Shown here: one piece after another, positions 56,386 to 64,000 of the stretch
How the letters are laid out: every line of letters begins with the position of its first letter
Numbering within the stretch: position 1 is the first letter of the stretch
From: Eledone cirrhosa
Taxonomy: Eukaryota
Length of the DNA: 64,000 nt
Assembly: GCA_964016885.1 (NCBI GenBank)
Contig: OZ024742.1
Coordinates: forward strand, 141,174,001 to 141,238,000
Reading direction: 5' to 3'
Made by a program: the position numbers and the translations under genes
Notes under the pieces: generated by a model
The model's database searches: none
What the model was told of the DNA's origin: nothing
Seen by the model: the letters and a program-made list of their open reading frames with translations, nothing else

Positions 56386-57352
56386 CCTTCAAAATATAAA
56401 AAAAAAATCACGTTCACTTAAAAATAATTTTAAAATAATTAAAATATACAGACATGTATATAATGTGAAATGAAACTGGAAGGCCCATATATATACGTGT
56501 GTGTATGTATATATATAAATGTGTGTGTGTGTATACATATATATATATATATGTGTGTATATATATATATATATGTGGCTGTCTGTGATCTATATACACT
56601 GGTCATAGACACACACACACACACACACATATACATATACATACACATTCACACATATATATACAACACCATCAGCCCTCTCTCTCACTCTTCCATTCTC
56701 CTTCTCTGTTTCCTCGCCCTCTTTCTATGTCTCTTTTTCAATCTACTCTCTCACAACCATTATCTCTTTCAATCTATCTTTCTCTATCTCTTGCTGTTTA
56801 TGAAGGTACTCGGGACACGTGATTCAATTTACACGAAACTTGTTTTATTCCATTTGTATCCTCATTTCAGGGTCAACTTTCTTTCGAAGTATTTTCTCAT
56901 TATGCGCCCTTTTGGCTGTATTACATTACAGACAAGCGAGCAAGCAATTACAGGGTGTTAGTAGTAACATTGAAACTTTAAGGTCTTTCTTGAGCCTAGC
57001 GTTTCATTAGGTCGGATCATATCCCGGTTTCATGTGGGATGAAGTAACTGAGAGAGAGAATAAACTCCTGTATTCGACTGGTACTTTTTTTTATTGATAT
57101 CGAAAGGATGAAAGGCGAAGTTGACTTCGTGCGGATTTGAACTGAGAGTGCATAAATAATATGACATAACAACAGCTTACAATAATGAAATATTACATAT
57201 TTGTATACACTAATTGCATGTAAAAATAATTCTAAATACAAACATAAATTATTTAAAAGACTTACCGCATTGTGATTTCTCATAGTACAAATATTTTTAT
57301 ATATGTATATACATGAAGCTTGATGATTATGAGTTAAGAAATGTATGGATAT

Positions 57353-57391
<39 letters not shown>

Positions 57392-57859
57392 CTAAATGGA
57401 AAACACACACAGTCACCCCCACCTTATCCCTATACACAAATAGAACATTTTTGTAGGTGTGTAAATGTCATGCGAACTAAGACGAAGAGAATGGAAATGA
57501 ATTATGGGAGGGAATAGAGTTAGTAAAAAGAGAATTTTACTAATTCAAGTAATATTTTTATTTACATTTTCTGTATTTTCCCACCATACACGCCTTATAA
57601 AATACTCTCTTATAGAACGACGCCTACATACCCATATTTATCAATGTGAATTATTACATATTTACATATTTTAGCGAAAGCGGATATAATCGCCGATTAG
57701 CTCAACCGGTAGGATTATTAGACAAAATGGCTAGTGATATTTAGTCACGCCCTGTCGATAGAAATATTGTTTACCTGCGTGCTTACTTTGGTAAGTTTTA
57801 TAAGCCATACAACACACAGGCAGGTAATACATACATCTAGGACCACATACAATACACAT

Positions 57860-59431
57860 TGTATCATGTGCTACGGACGACGCAAGGCCAACATAAGCGC
57901 TTCGTCACTCTTCTGAAGAGAGAAAATCTATCTGTATTTGATGTTCATTGTGTCATTCATCGACAACACTTGGCTGCGAAGAAACTCAGCAAGCCGCTGA
58001 GCAAGTCCTTGCAGGTGGCCATTGATGGCATCAATTTTATCAAAAGCGGCATTCCCTCAATGAACGAATTTTCCGGCAACTGTGCCAAGATAATGACGAA
58101 GAATTCGTCAAGTTGCTCCTTCATACTGAAGTGAGGTGGCTTTCAAAGGGCAAGTGCTTTACTCACTTCTTTGAACTCTTCGACTCTATCATTGAGTTTC
58201 TGCGAGGACGCAACACATTCCTGGCCAAATTGAATGTCATCGAAAGGAATCTTTGTTGACGGGAATTCTATAATTTTCCTAGTGTCGCCAATGTTCAAAA
58301 CATTATAAGCGATGACCAACTCCAAATTTATACCACTCACTTCCGTGCGCTACAAGACAACATGAAAGAACGGTTTGTCGACCTTTTGCCGATGGACATC
58401 CCAATGTGGATAGCAGATCCCTTCATAGCTACCGTCGACGATTTGGACGTTAAATTTCAGGAAGAATTCATTGAACTTCAAGCAGATGACATGATGAAAA
58501 TTAGATTTCCCAAAATAGGTGAACCCCTTTTGGGAAGCAAGAGGAAATTCAGCGTTGATTTCCACACCTACATGCAGAGGCTAAGAGATTTGTCTGCCTT
58601 TTCCAAGCTCATACGTAGTTGAGAGGAGGTTTGGTGCTGTTTCCAGACTGCACAGTAAGGCTCGCAACCGCTACAATGTAATTACACGTGGAGATCTCTG
58701 GCTACATCTTAGGAAAATTCTCCCTCACGTCAAAGAGTTAGCTAGACTCCATGAAGCTCAAGGGTCCCATTGAAATGAGTCAAAGTTAAAGTAAGTTGAT
58801 TTATCCGCAAACTTGGATATGCTATTGTTACAACAACAATTTTTTTATTTGTAGTTGCAGTCTGACTGGACTGGAAACCATCTACTACAATTCACTTACT
58901 CATTTGTTGTATATATTTTACCATTTACTAATAAATATACCCTCCCGCGTGGTCATGAAAACCCTCTTCCGTGGTCCCTAAGCTCACAAAGCAGAGGGGA
59001 CATCAAGTTAGATATCAACATTTATTCTGTCCGTTTCATTAAAGGGAAAATTGGAAAGCTTTGAAATGATATAATTGCCACTTTCTTCCAGATAAGAGCA
59101 CTCTTGGGAGAGACAGAGTTGCTCTTGTATAAATGTTCAAAATAGTTGGTATCGCCTGGTGGGAATATAACAAATTCAACTGGTCCTTATTAATAAAAAA
59201 GAACATTTATGTTCCTTTTTTTGAAATTTATATATTTCCTTTCAAGGAATGTATTTATACTCTCAGCTGCCTGCAATGGTATCTTTGGAATATTGTTAAT
59301 CAATTTTTTAGTAATCTACTGATATCAAAATCAGTAGTATATTGAAAAATGGAAAAAAAAGGATAGGAGGGCGTTTCGTAATTTCGAGGGACAAAAGGGG
59401 GCGTTTGGCCTAAATGGGTTGAGAACCTGTG
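57860..59431 (+). mobile_element. hAT (Charlie/Buster, SCAND3/ZBED8-like) transposase remnant with right TIR
   Basis: HCVIHRQHLAAKKLS, LLLHTEVRWLSKG, ERFVDL...WIADPF...QEEFIELQAD; terminal ggttgagaacctgtg. Confidence 0.85.
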
Positions 59432-60423
59432 CTATAGATGATACTAAAACACAAGGTTACAGGTTTGACTTTACTGATTGACAATTTAGTCAAGCCGTGT
59501 GAGTGAAATTTTGTAGACAAAAACAGTTTGGAAGGCCGTTGGGTTGATTGTATCAGTAATTCATTGTGTTACGCTGAATCTTGAAAATTATGGTAACGGT
59601 ACGTGTGTCTGTAAGTTCGACGTGAATTTAATATTTTGGTCGTTCCATTGATCGAACACTTGAAGCAACCATCGTCGAAATCGACGGAAGTCTAAACATG
59701 GCATGGGCAACCGTTTTTGAGAAGTGGGCCGCATAAGATGTGGCTCATCAAATTCAAGGCAATTTTGAAATTAGGCATGTCATCCAGAAAGACAAATGCT
59801 GGGGTCCACAGTTTTCCCATGAATGGTCTAAACCATTTTGAACGACAACTTTTGTAGATAGGGGGATGCATATTCACGTTCTTTTATTATTTAATCTTGG
59901 AAGAAAAGTTGTGGTCATGACCCTTTTCAGTGCATCCGAAACTTGCTAGAGCGAGAAACGTATCCCCAGACCGGAGAGAGAATGGATTTTGCTAAAAGCA
60001 GTCAAAAATAGATGTGGCGATGTTAAATCGAGCGACGGATTAAGTCTACCACCCAAGTAGGCTACAGTAGAATTTGAAGTCAGAAGGGAAAACACCGGAA
60101 CAAATATCGCAAGATATCTCATCCGACACCTTAACAATTACACCGATTCACTGCCCTAAACTGTTACTTTATTTTATTGACCCAGAAAGGATGAAAGGTC
60201 AAAGTGACTTTACAAAGCTCAGAATGCAGCTAGCCGGATTAAATGCGGAAACGTCTACCTTCTAACGTAAAACTAGTTGCTTTTTTTAATGAGCTACCGG
60301 AGACCCCCCCCCCCCCCAAAAAAAAAAATCATGTTCATGATTAAACTTTGTTTGATATTGAACTTTTGTTAACTCAAAGAAAACAAAAAGAAAAAAAATA
60401 TTAACTGTATGAGTGTAGATAAA

Positions 60424-60842
60424 TAATTGTTTCTACTATTGGCACAAGGCCAGCAATTACCCAGTACATTACTGGTACTTTATTTTATCGACCCCGTAAG
60501 GATGAAAGGCAAAGTTAACCTCGGTGGGATTTGAACTCAGTCCGTAAAGGGACGTAACTCTGTGCTGCAAAGCATAGCGTCTGACGCTCTATCGATACTG
60601 CCAATCCACCATCTTTGAGTGTAGATAAATAATGGTTTCTGATTTAGGTACAAGGCCAGCAATTTTGGGGAAGAGGAAAGTCGATTAAATCGACTCCAGT
60701 GCATTACTGGTACTTTATTTTATTGACCCCATAAGGATGAAAGGCAAAGCTAACTTCGGTGGGATTTTAACTATTTGTGTAAAGGGCCGTAACTCTATGC
60801 CGCAAAGCATACTTTCCGACGCTCTACCGATATTGCCAATCC
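60424..60842 (-). mobile_element. Two tRNA-derived SINEs
   Basis: 4961-type core and heads. Confidence 0.85.
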
Positions 60843-61069
60843 AAAGTAATTTACAACGTTTATATAAACAGAAGATAAAGTTTGGAATCAACTAATTCTA
60901 AAGTTTGGTAATCGAAGTTTTATATAGGAGAGAAGGTTAAACTCCATCACAGGCTTATTAATATATCTTAATTACGCACAAAATCTTTGGCAAGAATTTT
61001 CCCTAATAATAATTTCTTAATTAATTTTGCCCAAGGACGAAATGTCATTATTGTTGCAGAATTGTTGAG

Positions 61070-61290
61070 GGCGGTGGACTAGTTGTATCAGTAGAACATC
61101 AGACATTATGCTTTGCAGCATAGAGTTATGGTCCTTTGCGTTCTGAGTTCAAATCCCGTCGAGGTTAGGTTTGTCTTTCATCCTTACGGGGTCCGATAAA
61201 ATAAAGCACCAGTATTACACCGGAGTCGATTTAATAGACTTTCCCATTCTCCCACATGTCTGGCCTTGCGCCTATAGTAGAAATCATTGT
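61070..61290 (+). mobile_element. tRNA-derived SINE
   Basis: 4961-type core and head. Confidence 0.8.
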
Positions 61291-61692
61291 TGCAGAATGT
61301 AATCCCACATATCTGGAGCTAATAGTTGTATATATTATATCTTCTAAGCTATTCTATTTCATTAATGATTTTTACCATGTAAGTGATATATATATGGTTG
61401 TATATATATCTTGATATACAGGCAAATGTCAAATTATTAAGTTCTTACACAATTATGTCCCTTATTTCGTAAGTCAGAAAACCATCGACTATAAAGTTAT
61501 AGTGCATACACACATCTTTTGAAAATAAAAAAAGCGTAGTCAATATTTCTTATGACTAGCTTTAAATATATGTTGTCCTCATCATAGTGAATACTAATTA
61601 CACAGGCACACACTATACATACACACAATCTTTCGCTCAACACACGCACACACACACACGCATACACAGGATTGTGTAGTTGTGTAGTTGTG

Positions 61693-61731
<39 letters not shown>

Positions 61732-61879
61732 TATACATTTGTAAAACATTATCTAATTAAGTACTCAAAGCTATAGGTAGAGTCAAATAATTTTATTTTA
61801 CGTGATTAAGCATGACAGTTACTTATACTTTCAATGTCTGTTTTTTTTAATAGTTTTTGGTGCTGGTATGTATGTATGT

Positions 61880-63352
61880 TTCTCTTTCCCTTAATATCGA
61901 GTACATTTTTGATCGGCACCTTCCTGGTGGCAAGGTTGTAAAAGAAAAGAAATTGTCATCCCTTGAATCGCAAGAATGTTTTGCAAATTTTGAAGGTGCC
62001 GGCTATCGCAGCCTTTTGTAGTCTATGAATTAGGGAGCTGCGCTTTTTGTCAACAAATACAAGTTCAGTTATACTTTGGTCCAAGCGGGTTGGTATATAA
62101 CCTGTAAGCTCCAATAATGATGGGTATGAAGCTGAAGGTGTATCTTGGATACTGAATTTGCAAACTCCTTATCAATGGTCCATAGATGTCCTCCTTCTCT
62201 TGTATTTTTTTTACAACGTTGACATCAAGTGGGCAGCTGATCTCCACAACAGAACACGTTTTCAATGTGTGGTCCCAAACAACAATATCATGACGGTTGT
62301 GATTTAATTTGGTGGCAGTTTTTATTTTTAGGTTCCACCAATATTCTTTAGTGCTATCTATCTCAACATATTCCTGCTCATTTATTTTAAATTTCGTTTT
62401 CTTAAATGCGCTCCAGATGGTTCTAGCTATCACATTTTGTCTCATAGGGAGGTAGTAGTGAAACGACATTCTTTCGCAGTTGTCAACAATATGGTTAACA
62501 TTTTCGATCTTTGTTTTACAAAGCCTACATTTATTGTCGACTGATAGCCCTCCTCTTTTGTGTAGCAGATATTTGGTAGGGATTTCTTGTTCCTGTATTG
62601 CATAGAGATATCCTTCAAGGTGGGATGTCATAAGCTTATTGGAGATCCATGCCAGGTGTTTCGAATGATTTCCCATTTATGGTCTGTGTTTTTCATCTCA
62701 GGTACCCATGCACAACTTTCTCTGTAAATTCGTCCATTTTTTTATCTTGTTCGAACATTGAATAGGATCTTCCAATTTCCCTGGGAGAGAGCCATATCTC
62801 TCCTACAGATCAGTGGCTATCCTAATTATATTATTTCCTTCATGCTCATAGACGTGGGTAAGATGGTTGCTGACCTTTTTTCTTCTGCTGAAGATGTTGC
62901 TTCAGTGTTACTATTCGGGTCTCGTATAATGTTGATATGGATTTTAGACCCCGGCCCCCTTCCTTACGTGATAAGTATAGCCTATCCATATCACCTTTGA
63001 TGTTAGAGTTTCCAGCAACACTGAGAAGCTTGCGAGGTCTTGCAATGACCAGCTCAGCAGACCAAATGTTGGCGTTAGGATTGGCACAACATAAGTATTT
63101 CTTTACTCTCCTGAGGTATTCAGTTCTGGTTCTCTCCTTATTTATGGGTCCATCATATCTGACATTCTCATCCTGTCCAAGATATCTGTAGTTGTCAGCC
63201 GACTGCAGAGGTTGTATTGTCAAGCCGTTCATCTCTAGATTTCCAGAGGAGGGCACAACCCTTTCACGTTTTACTGTCAAATATGCAGATTTAGATTCAC
63301 CAAATTTCATTCTGATGTCTGCAGAAAATTGTGTAATGGGGTCCAATTGTCT
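61880..63352 (-). mobile_element. 5'-truncated R4/Dong-like LINE (RT end, CCHC, restriction-like endonuclease)
   Basis: FSADIRMKFG, YRYLG, RLYLSRKEGGRGL, AIQEQ, CRLC...HIVDNC, HNRHDIVVWD...VEISCP; (TATG)n at both ends. Confidence 0.9.
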
Positions 63353-63424
63353 TTTAATGTATGTATGTATGTATGTATGTATGTATGTATGTATGTATGT
63401 ATGTATGTATGTATGTATGTATGT

Positions 63425-63843
63425 TCTTCTGGTTTTATAATTTCACAAATTTTTGCCAATAGAGAGAGAGTCGGTTTCTAACATAGACACAAGCCTCTCT
63501 CATAGGAATTTACACAACATCAACTAGGTAGATATGTATGCATGTCTGCATGCATGCATGTGTAGATATGGATGTTATTGTATGTGTGGATGTGTATGTT
63601 TTGAGTTGTATGTGTGCATGTGAATATGCTTAGTATCTGTACATGTGTATATGCAGTTATTAGATGCAAAACTTTTGGAATATTTTACATATTTTTACTG
63701 TTCCATTAATGGATTGTACTTGTAATTTCCTAACTAGTTGTGTTCTTTCTGTTCCCGTGAAGCCCAGCTTCTCAAGATTTGTATTGAGGCAGTTACTAAC
63801 ATATCACAGTGTCCCAATAATCACAGGCATAAATCTGGAGGTA
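63425..63843 (-). mobile_element. Second R4/Dong-like 3' fragment
   Basis: [24 protein letters not shown]...[16 protein letters not shown], homologous to the C-terminus at about 61970-62130; bounded by (TATG)n. Confidence 0.75.
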
Positions 63844-64000
63844 AATGTATGTATGTATGTATGTATGTATGTATGTATGTATGTATGTATGTATGTATGT
63901 ATGTATGTATGTATGTATGTATGTATGTATGTATGTATGTATGTATGTATCAAAGGGTGGAGGAATTAAGGAGAGTCACCGGCCATCCAATAAAGTTGTT

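Overview
AT-rich, microsatellite-rich animal DNA, most likely a cephalopod such as Octopus (inferred from the SINE and LINE families and the (TA)n/(CA)n load). There is one 200-N gap. Only one host gene is supportable: a spliced, minus-strand Ctr/SLC31 copper transporter with three frame-consistent exons at 19.7-22.7 kb, whose start exon is uncertain. The rest is transposon-derived: a near full-length RTE LINE, a CR1-like LINE, two R4/Dong-like LINE pieces in (TACA)n, two hAT remnants, Helitron pieces, a MITE, a small LTR element with a tRNA-Trp primer-binding site, many tRNA-derived SINEs and one tRNA-like sequence. The most striking region is about 26.2-54.9 kb, where long (TA)n arrays are interrupted by Penelope-like element (PLE) pieces with inverted pseudo-LTRs and fold-back ends. 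By eye I folded about 22 type I hammerhead-ribozyme motifs there, from roughly 14 sequence families, including intact-looking core variants (CCGAnGA, CAGAAGA). One mini-insertion ends at the predicted cleavage site of the CAGAAGA variant. All folds and coordinates were read manually, so boundaries may be off by a few bases.
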